The translations under genes and the position numbers were made by a program. The notes under the pieces were generated by a model. That model was not told the origin of the DNA. It did no database searches and saw nothing but the letters and a program-made list of their open reading frames with translations. This document shows, in pieces, positions 16,248 through 23,611 of a stretch of 23,611 nt of DNA. The stretch spans positions 1 to 23,611 of the forward strand of contig JBHLRP010000051.1 in the NCBI GenBank assembly GCA_048882485.1. Direction: 5' to 3'. Within the stretch, counting starts at the first letter, position 1. Each line of letters starts with the position of its first letter. This DNA is from Candidatus Thorarchaeota archaeon (GTDB taxonomy: Archaea > Asgardarchaeota > Thorarchaeia > Thorarchaeales > Thorarchaeaceae).

Positions 16248-17240
16248 ATGTCAATCATCTGTCTAGGCATTGAGGGAACTGCACACTCTTTTGGAGCTGG
16301 AGCAGTATCCAGTGATGGCCAGGTACTATCCAATATCTGGGATATGTTTTCGCCAGAAGAAGGTGGGATACATCCTCGGGAGGCTAGTCGGCATCACTCA
16401 GATATAGGCCCTACCATAATTCGAAATGCAATGGAGAAGGCCTCTCTCTCTAGTGAGGACATTGATTTGATAGCTTTCTCTAGAGGCCCTGGTCTTGGAC
16501 CATGTTTGAGGACCACAGCAACAATTGCACGCACATTGTCTCTACGATTAGATGTACCCTTGATTGGAGTAAATCACTGCGTCGCACACATAGAGATAGG
16601 CTGTCTTGAATCTGGTTTCAGTGACCCAGTGACTATATATGTTTCAGGAGGGAACACACAAATCATTGCCTACGCCGGGAAGCGATATCGAACATTTGGT
16701 GAAACCCTGGATATCGCCATCGGAAACATGCTTGACACTTTTGGTCGAGATGCAGGAATGCGATTTCCAGCAGGCCCTCAAATAGAGCAAGAAGCTACCA
16801 GCGCTGCCAATTATCACCAATTACCCTATTCTGTCAAAGGAATGGACATCAGCTATTCTGGGATGCTGACCGCGGCCAAGAGGCTCATTTCTGAGGGAGT
16901 TCCATTGGCAGACGCATGTTTCAGTGTTCAAGAAACAGCATTTGGCATGCTTGCTGAGATTGCTGAACGTGCAATAGCTCACACGAAGAAGAATGAGCTT
17001 CTCTTGACCGGAGGAGTAGCACGGAACAACCGCCTCACAGATATTCTATCGGGAGTTGCACAACGGCACAATGCAGAATTCCATAGAGTCACACCTTCCC
17101 TTGCAGGTGATCAGGGTGCAATGATTGCATGGACTGGTATTCTTCAGCATGAGGCTGGAGACAGATTGAGCGTTGCAGATTCCACAATTCTCCCAAAATG
17201 GCGTACAGATGAACAAGACATTGTGTGGAGGAAGTCATGA
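16248..17240 (+). CDS. kae1: KEOPS t6A synthase Kae1
   Basis: GIEGTAH, GGIHPRE, GPGLGPCL, NHCVAH, SGGNTQ, GETLDIAIGN, GGVA-N, WRTD. Confidence 0.96.
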   Translation: MSIICLGIEGTAHSFGAGAVSSDGQVLSNIWDMFSPEEGGIHPREASRHHSDIGPTIIRNAMEKASLSSEDIDLIAFSRGPGLGPCLRTTATIARTLSLRLDVPLIGVNHCVAHIEIGCLESGFSDPVTIYVSGGNTQIIAYAGKRYRTFGETLDIAIGNMLDTFGRDAGMRFPAGPQIEQEATSAANYHQLPYSVKGMDISYSGMLTAAKRLISEGVPLADACFSVQETAFGMLAEIAERAIAHTKKNELLLTGGVARNNRLTDILSGVAQRHNAEFHRVTPSLAGDQGAMIAWTGILQHEAGDRLSVADSTILPKWRTDEQDIVWRKS

Positions 17241-17863
17241 TGGAGCTTTGGAACATTGGAGCAGAATCAACAATATACAGATTCGAGCAATGGGGCCATA
17301 CAATACTGCTGAAACATCGTCCACAGAAACCCTACCTGCTGAAGGAGATAGATGAATTTCTGAGAACATTTAGAACGAGTAGAGAATGCAAGATGCTGAC
17401 GGTAGCGAGAAATCTTGGAGTTCCCACTCCTACGGTGTATTGGGTCGACATGCATAGACATTCTATTGCGATGGAATACCTCCAAGGCAAACAACTCAAA
17501 CAGATAGTTGATGAGATGTCAGTTGATCGACTACAAAAGACTACCAGCGAATTCGGGAGATTAATCGGTCTATTACATAATGGGGGCATAGTTCACGGTG
17601 ACCCTACTACCAGTAACGTGATAGTCAACCAAGAGGGGAAGATGTGGATTGTCGACTTTGGACTTGCTGAAATGAATGCCACTGTAGAAATGAAAGGAGT
17701 AGATCTTCATCTAATGCGACGAGCGTTTGAAACTACTCACTGGGATTTCGAGGCAATTTTGTGGGATGCTGCTCTTGAAGGTTACAAGACCATCAAGACC
17801 AAAGAAACTGACAATGTACTGGCTCGAGTTGAGGAGATTCGAGAACGTGGTAGATATCACTAG
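17237..17863 (+). CDS. bud32: KEOPS kinase/ATPase Bud32
   Basis: GAES, HGDPTTSN, DFGL, C-terminal RGRY; ATGA overlap with the kae1 stop. Confidence 0.95.
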   Translation: MMELWNIGAESTIYRFEQWGHTILLKHRPQKPYLLKEIDEFLRTFRTSRECKMLTVARNLGVPTPTVYWVDMHRHSIAMEYLQGKQLKQIVDEMSVDRLQKTTSEFGRLIGLLHNGGIVHGDPTTSNVIVNQEGKMWIVDFGLAEMNATVEMKGVDLHLMRRAFETTHWDFEAILWDAALEGYKTIKTKETDNVLARVEEIRERGRYH

Positions 17864-17956
17864 TAGAACAAGTCATTGAGCAATCTTTATATCCACAGCC
17901 ATTGGCCGTGAGTCTGACCCGGTTTCTTGGGACTTAAGAACTCAGAGGCAATCTTA

Positions 17957-18418
17957 ATGGCAAGGATGCACACACGCCGCAAAGGCCAGTCTGGAAGCAA
18001 ACGACCCTCTACACTACAAACTCCTGAATGGCTGGAGAAGGAGAAAAATGCGGAGTGGGTAGAGAATAAGGTAGTAGAGCTTGCAAAGGCTGGAAATACC
18101 CCTTCAATGATTGGTATGCTACTTAGGGACCAATATGGTATACCTCTGGTGAAGGTGATAACCGGGAAGAAGATCATGGATATCATCACTGAGAACAATC
18201 TTCAGAGACAAGTCCCTGAAGACCTTCGCAACATGATTGCTAAGGCTGCAAAGATTCGAAGACACTTGGAGGAGAACAAACGAGACTTCGTATCAAAACG
18301 TGGTCTCCAGCTTGTTGAGAGCAAGATTCACCGACTGTCGAAATACTATAGGAAGAAGCATGTGCTTTCTGCGGATTGGAAGTATAGTCCAGACCAAGCT
18401 GCTGTTTTGTTGAGGTAG
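17957..18418 (+). CDS. rps15: 30S ribosomal protein S15 (uS15, S13e/S15P)
   Basis: MARMHTRRKGQSGS, IGMLLRDQYGIP, PEDL, ESKIHRLSKYY; TATA TTTATATC at 17886. Confidence 0.97.
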   Translation: MARMHTRRKGQSGSKRPSTLQTPEWLEKEKNAEWVENKVVELAKAGNTPSMIGMLLRDQYGIPLVKVITGKKIMDIITENNLQRQVPEDLRNMIAKAAKIRRHLEENKRDFVSKRGLQLVESKIHRLSKYYRKKHVLSADWKYSPDQAAVLLR

Positions 18419-18452
18419 CTTTATCATCAAGGCTTTGTTCATAAGCCATGAG

Positions 18453-19778
18453 ATGAGCGGCAAGTCACGTGGGATTCCCAGTTTCAAAGCCATAAGGGCA
18501 CAGTATTCAGGGCTTTCTTTCAAAATAGGAAGGCAAGTCATAATTGTAAGCTCATCTATGCCTGAGTCTACACTCGCTTCAGCAATCCTATCCAGGTCTA
18601 TTTTCAAGTCCGGTGGACTATTCCATATTACATTCGTCGAGCCAGTTGTGCATGCTGAAGAAATAAACAGATTGCGAAGCACCTACTCAGACTCGACCAT
18701 GATTGTTGTTGGAGTTGATGTTGCAGACAAGAAACGCATCAAGAAGGGAAAAGGCTACCCTGTTTTCATTGGAGGCGTCCATGGGTCGGAACAGGCTCAA
18801 TCGCTTTGTTTGGGAAACGAACGGACCATCTCTGCAGCATCATACATTCTTGCTGATGAGATTACCAAACCCGGCTCTGAAGAACTACAACTTGCTGCAG
18901 CAGGAACATTACTCAATAACCACTCTGCAAAGCTGAAAGGCGCGGCAAGAGAAGTAGTAGCATCCGCTCAGAAGAAAGGACTAATTGAGGAGAAAAAGGG
19001 GTTCAGACTGTTCGGAGTCAACTTCATGCCTTTGAATGAAGTTCTAGCTTACAGCATATGGCCATATTTGCCCAATCTAAGTGGTAGGCCAGAAATCTGT
19101 GACAAGATCTATGAAGAAGCCGATATTCCCTACCCGAAGTTCAAGACTCCTCTTAGCTCTCTTACTTCTGAGGAGGCAACGAAGGTGAATCAGCATCTTT
19201 CCCTCAAGCTTGATCCAAGTGTAATTTCTCAGGTCTTGGGACAGGATTTTATTTTTTCCAGTGAAAATGAAACGAGTCCAGCACGCTTACTATCTGGAAT
19301 AAGAGCCATAGCTGAAACTGCTTGGACTTTAGCTGAACCCAGTGCTTCCACAGCTATCTGGATTGGTGATCGGGCGCAGGTACTGAAGAGATTTCTTGAT
19401 TCATATAAAGCGCATTCAAAAGAGGTCATTGCTGGTGTGGAACGGATGGTTGTGCTTCTTCAGGAATCGGAGAGTGAAGGAGCAGATCAACACCTTATGA
19501 TTTCACATACTGAAACACACGAAGAAATACTGAGTGATGTGGGAAGAATCGTACTTGAAGCGAATTATGTCGACACAGACAGGCTAATAATCATTTCAAA
19601 GGACAGCGGCATATTTGCAATATGGAAGTCGGGAACTATCTCCCTCCAAGATCTGTTCCGTTCTCTAATTGACGTAGGTATCTATCCAAAAGCCGCATCA
19701 TCAAATTCGCTGAGGGTCAATGACACTTCTGAGGAAACAAAGTCAAAGATTGCGGATGCTCTAAGGGGCAAGAGATAG
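18453..19778 (+). CDS. RecJ/DHH-fold GAN/Cdc45-like protein with degenerate catalytic motifs
   Basis: Lies between rps15 and pcc1, the canonical GAN locus; GAN-like insertion FRLFG...PL-EVLAYS-PYLPNLSG; DHH motifs replaced. Confidence 0.75.
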   Translation: MSGKSRGIPSFKAIRAQYSGLSFKIGRQVIIVSSSMPESTLASAILSRSIFKSGGLFHITFVEPVVHAEEINRLRSTYSDSTMIVVGVDVADKKRIKKGKGYPVFIGGVHGSEQAQSLCLGNERTISAASYILADEITKPGSEELQLAAAGTLLNNHSAKLKGAAREVVASAQKKGLIEEKKGFRLFGVNFMPLNEVLAYSIWPYLPNLSGRPEICDKIYEEADIPYPKFKTPLSSLTSEEATKVNQHLSLKLDPSVISQVLGQDFIFSSENETSPARLLSGIRAIAETAWTLAEPSASTAIWIGDRAQVLKRFLDSYKAHSKEVIAGVERMVVLLQESESEGADQHLMISHTETHEEILSDVGRIVLEANYVDTDRLIIISKDSGIFAIWKSGTISLQDLFRSLIDVGIYPKAASSNSLRVNDTSEETKSKIADALRGKR

Positions 19779-19786
19779 GTGAGTCA

Positions 19787-20026
19787 ATGAAAGCAGTAAT
19801 TGAGCTGAATCTTGCATCGTCATTGGAAGCAGAAGAAGTTCTTCAGGCTATATCACCTGATAACTTTCCATTACCACCCGGTCTTGAGATTGATTCAAAA
19901 ATCAAGGATAATGTGCTCGTTGTTGAGATTAACTGTACTCGGGGACCCAAGAGTCTTGGTGCAACAGTTGAAGACTTGATGAGTGCAATCGATCTATCCC
20001 TGCGTACAATGCAGACAATCGAATAG
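19787..20026 (+). CDS. pcc1: KEOPS subunit Pcc1
   Basis: 79 aa, AISPDN...L-ATVEDL pattern, syntenic with kae1/bud32/rps15; GGTGA SD. Confidence 0.85.
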   Translation: MKAVIELNLASSLEAEEVLQAISPDNFPLPPGLEIDSKIKDNVLVVEINCTRGPKSLGATVEDLMSAIDLSLRTMQTIE

Positions 20027-20033
20027 AAATAGC

Positions 20034-21491
20034 TCAGTTATCCTGACTTAGGAGCTCGCTATGGATGGCATCAGCTCTTGAACGCGCCTGACTTGCCATT
20101 TCTTTCGTAATGAACCCTCTTTGAACCGCACGTTTCAAGAGATGCTGGTCAATCACACGTACTTTCCCATTCTCCTCAAATGGGGTCTTAATCACATCAA
20201 TCTCAAGGTCGACGTATCTGATGCGTCCAGGACCGCTTCCATTGCTAGGGTAGAGCTCTACACCAGTATTGATATTCAAGTAGGTTCCCTTCAATTCATC
20301 GTTTTTTGAAAAGTATTCAGTGATAAGAGTCATAGAGCCGGGAACTACTTCAGTCAGCGCATAGTCCCCTTCATCTCTAGCGACGTCCACTCCTTCTGGA
20401 TAGTCCTGCAGCAGTTTGAGCTTGCGACTTGTATGACGAAATTGTCGTCGAATAACTAGTCCTCGTGAATTCGTTTCCACAACTCTTCCTTTTGTCAAGA
20501 GTATGGACCTGCCATCCAGCTTTACATGTTCAATGTTAATTGGATCGTCAACTCTTGGCATATCCAAGCCAATTACTTTGTCTAGTTTTGAAGTCAAGTA
20601 TTTTCGTTCTTCTGGGCGATCTTCAATAAGTAGTTCAACCAAGTCCACCAAGGGCGCATACCCTGCACTTTTGTAGAAATGATGTTTGTCAACAGTGGGC
20701 TTGATTTTTGCTCTTGTCTTATCTAGTGCTTCTTTCACTTCCGCTGGAAACTCGATATCTGCATTGCTGGTCCCCTCAAAAAGCAAATCGGTTGTTTCGA
20801 GTTCGCCATATTTGGAATATATCCCCTGCGCGACATCAAGTAGGTCTTCCACCTCATTTCGTAGTTCTTCTTCTGTGAGCTTCTCAGCTGCAGTTCTCCA
20901 GAGAATTCCCCAGTCTTCAGTGTGGTTTCGCAGCTTTCTCCCCAAGACCATGAGACCATTCCTCACTTCTTGATCCTTGATTTTGGTGCTGAGTCTTACA
21001 ACAGGTTCGGGCAGAAGTACCGCAGAGCGTCCAGGTATTGTTATGCTTGATGATAGAACTGGAGCCTTGCGTCCATAGTCATGCGCCCGAACTTGGACCA
21101 TGATACTATCTCCCCTTCTCAACCCTCTATCTGGAAGTAGTCCCGAGATGATGCCAAGGTCTATTCGAGTCTGTCCAGTCTTTTCGTCTCTGCCAAGAAC
21201 AAACCCCTTGTAGATAGAGCTCTTTGCAACTCGAGGTGTGCGCGTTATCACCCATCCAAGTCGTCGTCGTAGCACTTCAGTCAATTTTGCCAGAATCGAC
21301 TCATAAGCAATTGCCACAATGCCCTGAAGGTCACTACGATCCCAGATATCAACATCAGGTATCTCACTTCGGAAGGGCAGCCCAAATCTCCTTGCTACTT
21401 CAGGAGTGGGTTGCACTATCTCAAAGTGGTTCTGTAGCATTATCTGTGTTAGCGATTGAGCGTAGATTCCTCTTATTCTCGCCTTAATCAT
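20034..21491 (-). CDS. fau-1: FAU-1 (AubA) ribonuclease / AU-rich RNA-binding protein, S1 + DUF402
   Basis: N-terminal RIRGIY..LT...FEIVQP, WGILWRTAA, HHFYKS, YLNINT..E, YVDLEIDV. Confidence 0.88.
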   Translation of the reverse strand: MIKARIRGIYAQSLTQIMLQNHFEIVQPTPEVARRFGLPFRSEIPDVDIWDRSDLQGIVAIAYESILAKLTEVLRRRLGWVITRTPRVAKSSIYKGFVLGRDEKTGQTRIDLGIISGLLPDRGLRRGDSIMVQVRAHDYGRKAPVLSSSITIPGRSAVLLPEPVVRLSTKIKDQEVRNGLMVLGRKLRNHTEDWGILWRTAAEKLTEEELRNEVEDLLDVAQGIYSKYGELETTDLLFEGTSNADIEFPAEVKEALDKTRAKIKPTVDKHHFYKSAGYAPLVDLVELLIEDRPEERKYLTSKLDKVIGLDMPRVDDPINIEHVKLDGRSILLTKGRVVETNSRGLVIRRQFRHTSRKLKLLQDYPEGVDVARDEGDYALTEVVPGSMTLITEYFSKNDELKGTYLNINTGVELYPSNGSGPGRIRYVDLEIDVIKTPFEENGKVRVIDQHLLKRAVQRGFITKEMASQARSRADAIHSELLSQDN

Positions 21492-21573
21492 ATGTGAACA
21501 CTGGCCCGGGCATAAGGCACCAACATCGTACCGTCAGCGATTTTTGACTGGTCGCGTGCTCCACTGGTCCTGC

Positions 21574-21840
21574 TCATGCATCACGTATTGGCTCTAGATT
21601 GCTTAATACGCGCCAAATTCTTGTACGAGCAAAGTTAGGACAATTCGGATCTTGATTTGGTTCATCCAGAATTGCAATTGCATTCTGTGCTCTGGCGGCT
21701 GGTGAATCCGCTTCATTTTCCAGTGCTGCAATGGCCTCATTGGCAGCTCGCCTGATGTTTCGGGGAACCGAGTTGTTCTCTGATATCTGCTTAAGAAGCT
21801 GTTTGCTTAAGTCAATGTTCTGTTGGGTTTCGGCGTCCAT
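21574..21840 (-). CDS. UPF0147 protein (COG1698)
   Basis: VPRNIRRAA, AIAILDE...DPN-P-ARTRIW...LE; GAGGTGA SD. Confidence 0.9.
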   Translation of the reverse strand: MDAETQQNIDLSKQLLKQISENNSVPRNIRRAANEAIAALENEADSPAARAQNAIAILDEPNQDPNCPNFARTRIWRVLSNLEPIRDA

Positions 21841-22013
21841 CTGGACTCACCTCTGAATTGTCTCTACGCACAAATGGAGTGCGAACAACAAGACAAAGAC
21901 TTGAATTTGCGCATATCAACGTTTCCGTCGAGCCACACATCATGAGCCTTTGTCAACCTTCTATAGTGGATTGTCTTATATCCGCTAATACCCTCATTCC
22001 TATTGTGGCCATT

Positions 22014-22367
22014 ATGGATAAGACGAATGAAGGTTCGGTCAAGAAGATGGCCGAACTTCTCCGCCAGGGGGCAACAATGCTAGCAGAGTCATGTCCGCAA
22101 TGCGGGTCCCCCCTCATGAAAGTACAGGATGACATATACTGTGCCACATGTGATCGGAGAATCGTATACGCAGAATCCGATGAAGAAGCTGAAACTCAAG
22201 CAGTCAAGGTTCTGATTCCACAGTTAAGAGAAACCCTGATACGAAAGCTCTCATCCCTGACCAGTGTCTTAGAAACCGAAAACGACACAGAGGCACTGAC
22301 AAAGCTTGCTAACCTGATGGTGCTCCTTTTGCAGGCCCTACATAAACTGGAAAGCATGAATAGCTAG
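22014..22367 (+). CDS. UPF0148 / SSSCA1-family zinc-ribbon protein (COG1645)
   Basis: MAELLRQGATML-CPQCGSPL...YCATC; start placed at ATG 22014 rather than 21858. Confidence 0.88.
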   Translation: MDKTNEGSVKKMAELLRQGATMLAESCPQCGSPLMKVQDDIYCATCDRRIVYAESDEEAETQAVKVLIPQLRETLIRKLSSLTSVLETENDTEALTKLANLMVLLLQALHKLESMNS

Positions 22368-22369
22368 AA

Positions 22370-23014
22370 CTATTCCTTCTTGGTTCCCCTTCGAAGTCTG
22401 GCCCTGCGTGCCTTCACTTCTTCAGGTCCCTTCAGGACCTTGCTCTTTCGAATCTCACAGTCTCTGATTGGTATTATCTTCTTGACCTCTTCGTGTACTT
22501 CGCCAGCAAGGTCTCCCAGCAGCACCTTCTCAACCAGTTCATCAAATACATGCTTTTTCGCATGCTTCCTTATGATTCGCTCGATGGTCTTTCTGACTGC
22601 ATGCTCTTGGCTTGTCCTCGACCGGGTGTTCGTGAAGACAATGACCGAGATTCGCATCAAGAAATCATCTTTCGTCAGAATCGGGCCTATCCAGTCTATT
22701 CTGGATGTGCCTCTCCTCACAAGACCCCTGAGATAGTCCGAGCTCCATTCATGTCCATGGAAAACAGTATTCGCCTGTTGTCCTACTACCTCAAGTATCT
22801 TGAATCGAATCTTCACGTGAATTGAATCAAAGTCCCCATTCAGATCATACAATGTAGGCTCCACTGTGCGTCCAATCAATAGCTCCGGATTACCAGCTGG
22901 TGTGAGACCTATCTCCTTGTTGTCGAAATAGTCTGGTGCAAGTATCTGATACCAGACCTTCTCACGCCACTTGTCTCTGGTCCTTGCCGCTGCCTGTCTA
23001 CTTCTTGAGGACAT
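22370..23014 (-). CDS. rps3ae: 30S ribosomal protein S3Ae (eS1)
   Basis: DKWREKVWY...AP, GRTVE-TL-DL-GD, DYLRGLVRRGTSRID, IIPIR-CEIRKSKVL. Confidence 0.96.
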   Translation of the reverse strand: MSSRSRQAAARTRDKWREKVWYQILAPDYFDNKEIGLTPAGNPELLIGRTVEPTLYDLNGDFDSIHVKIRFKILEVVGQQANTVFHGHEWSSDYLRGLVRRGTSRIDWIGPILTKDDFLMRISVIVFTNTRSRTSQEHAVRKTIERIIRKHAKKHVFDELVEKVLLGDLAGEVHEEVKKIIPIRDCEIRKSKVLKGPEEVKARRARLRRGTKKE

Positions 23015-23227
23015 CTGACTTTCACGCTCATGTGAGTATTAGTGAATCTAAAGAATCACGATTTGGTCTGTGGGTCTGAGCCCCCGGACCGCGCCGACAA
23101 TCAACGAGTCGAATAAAAACATTGTGACATGTCCTGCACGGGAACGCTTGAATTCATCAAGGAACAGGGACACACCCGAGCAAACTAGATATGGAATGTA
23201 TTACAGGACGACTTGGAGACAACTACA

Positions 23228-23362
23228 ATGACAGAAATTGTATGTCCTCGGTGTGGCTACAAGGAAGTCGCCATGGTAAAGAAAGAGATGATGGGGGGCG
23301 GCGGCTACAGGCGACACTACCGCTGTCCCAGATGCAGTAATACTTGGGAGAAAAAGGACTGA
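23228..23362 (+). CDS. 44-aa zinc-ribbon microprotein (not in ORF track), TFS/RpoM C-ribbon-like
   Basis: MTEIVCPRCGYKEVAMVKKEMMGGGGYRRHYRCPRCSNTWEKKD*; two CPxC motifs; GGAG SD about 9 nt upstream. Confidence 0.75.
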   Translation: MTEIVCPRCGYKEVAMVKKEMMGGGGYRRHYRCPRCSNTWEKKD

Positions 23363-23422
23363 ATACTGTCTGCTTTGTTCCAAAATGATTATATCAAGAC
23401 TAGAGGCTTTCATGCAACACGC

Positions 23423-23510
23423 GCGGAGGTTGCCAAGCCTGGTCAAAGGCGCAGGACTTAGGATCCTGTCTCGTAGGGGTTCGCGAGTTCAAATCTCGCC
23501 CTCCGCACCA
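23423..23510 (+). tRNA. tRNA-Leu (anticodon TAG)
   Basis: Acceptor GCGGAGG/CCTCCGC-A-CCA, anticodon arm CAGGA-CTTAGGA-TCCTG, long variable arm, T-loop TTCAAAT; TATA-like TTATATCA at 23389. Confidence 0.96.
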
Positions 23511-23554
23511 AATCCTATTTCTAGTAGTGACTCTCTGAGCAATCACGAGGGCTT

Positions 23555-23611
23555 TCAGGTAGCCTTGAGAATACCTTGATGCTGCAAAAGAAACACTGTT
23601 AGAGCAGCTAC
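23555..23611 (-). CDS. Possible 3' end of a gene entering from the right edge
   Basis: Open frame VAALTVFLLQHQGILKAT* ending at TGA 23557-23555; too short to verify. Confidence 0.25.
   Translation of the reverse strand, partial: VAALTVFLLQHQGILKAT

Noticed and set aside
17902-17922. Similarity of TTGGCCGTGAGTCTGACCCGG to plus-strand 23063-23087
   Set aside because: Short, gapped, and in opposite orientation relative to the two ribosomal protein genes; consistent with chance.
23201-23579. ORFs 23201-23446 (-) and 23385-23579 (+)
   Set aside because: They overlap tRNA-Leu and/or the zinc-ribbon gene, which explain the sequence better.
1-23611. Integrated element between the two tRNAs, CRISPR array or IS
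   Set aside because: No integrase or transposase, no duplicated tRNA 3' end noticed, no repeat-spacer pattern; content is core genes.

Overview
Archaeal core-genome region, most likely Asgard archaea (Thorarchaeia-like; this is an inference from gene content and family types, not a database result). It is bounded by the 3' part of an intron-containing tRNA (1-71) and tRNA-Leu(TAG) (23423-23510). Most genes are conserved housekeeping functions: thpR, UPF0200/UPF0201, Trm11-type methyltransferase, GPN GTPase, XRE regulator, SAMHD1-like HD hydrolase, pyrG, nurA-herA, ArsR, DUF460, LSm, KEOPS kae1/bud32/pcc1, rps15, GAN/Cdc45-like protein, FAU-1, UPF0147/0148 and rps3ae. The standout is a three-gene operon (5798-8256) with its own palindrome-covered promoter. 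It encodes a tandem Roadblock/MglB-like protein, a DENN/folliculin-like protein without a longin domain, and an MglA-type small GTPase, so it is a candidate GTPase switch that combines bacterial MglAB parts with a eukaryote-like DENN regulator. Also notable are a GAN/Cdc45 orthologue that appears catalytically dead, an unannotated 44-aa TFS-like zinc-ribbon microprotein, and a 13-aa insertion in a conserved CTP synthase loop. No CRISPR array, transposase or integrase was seen.
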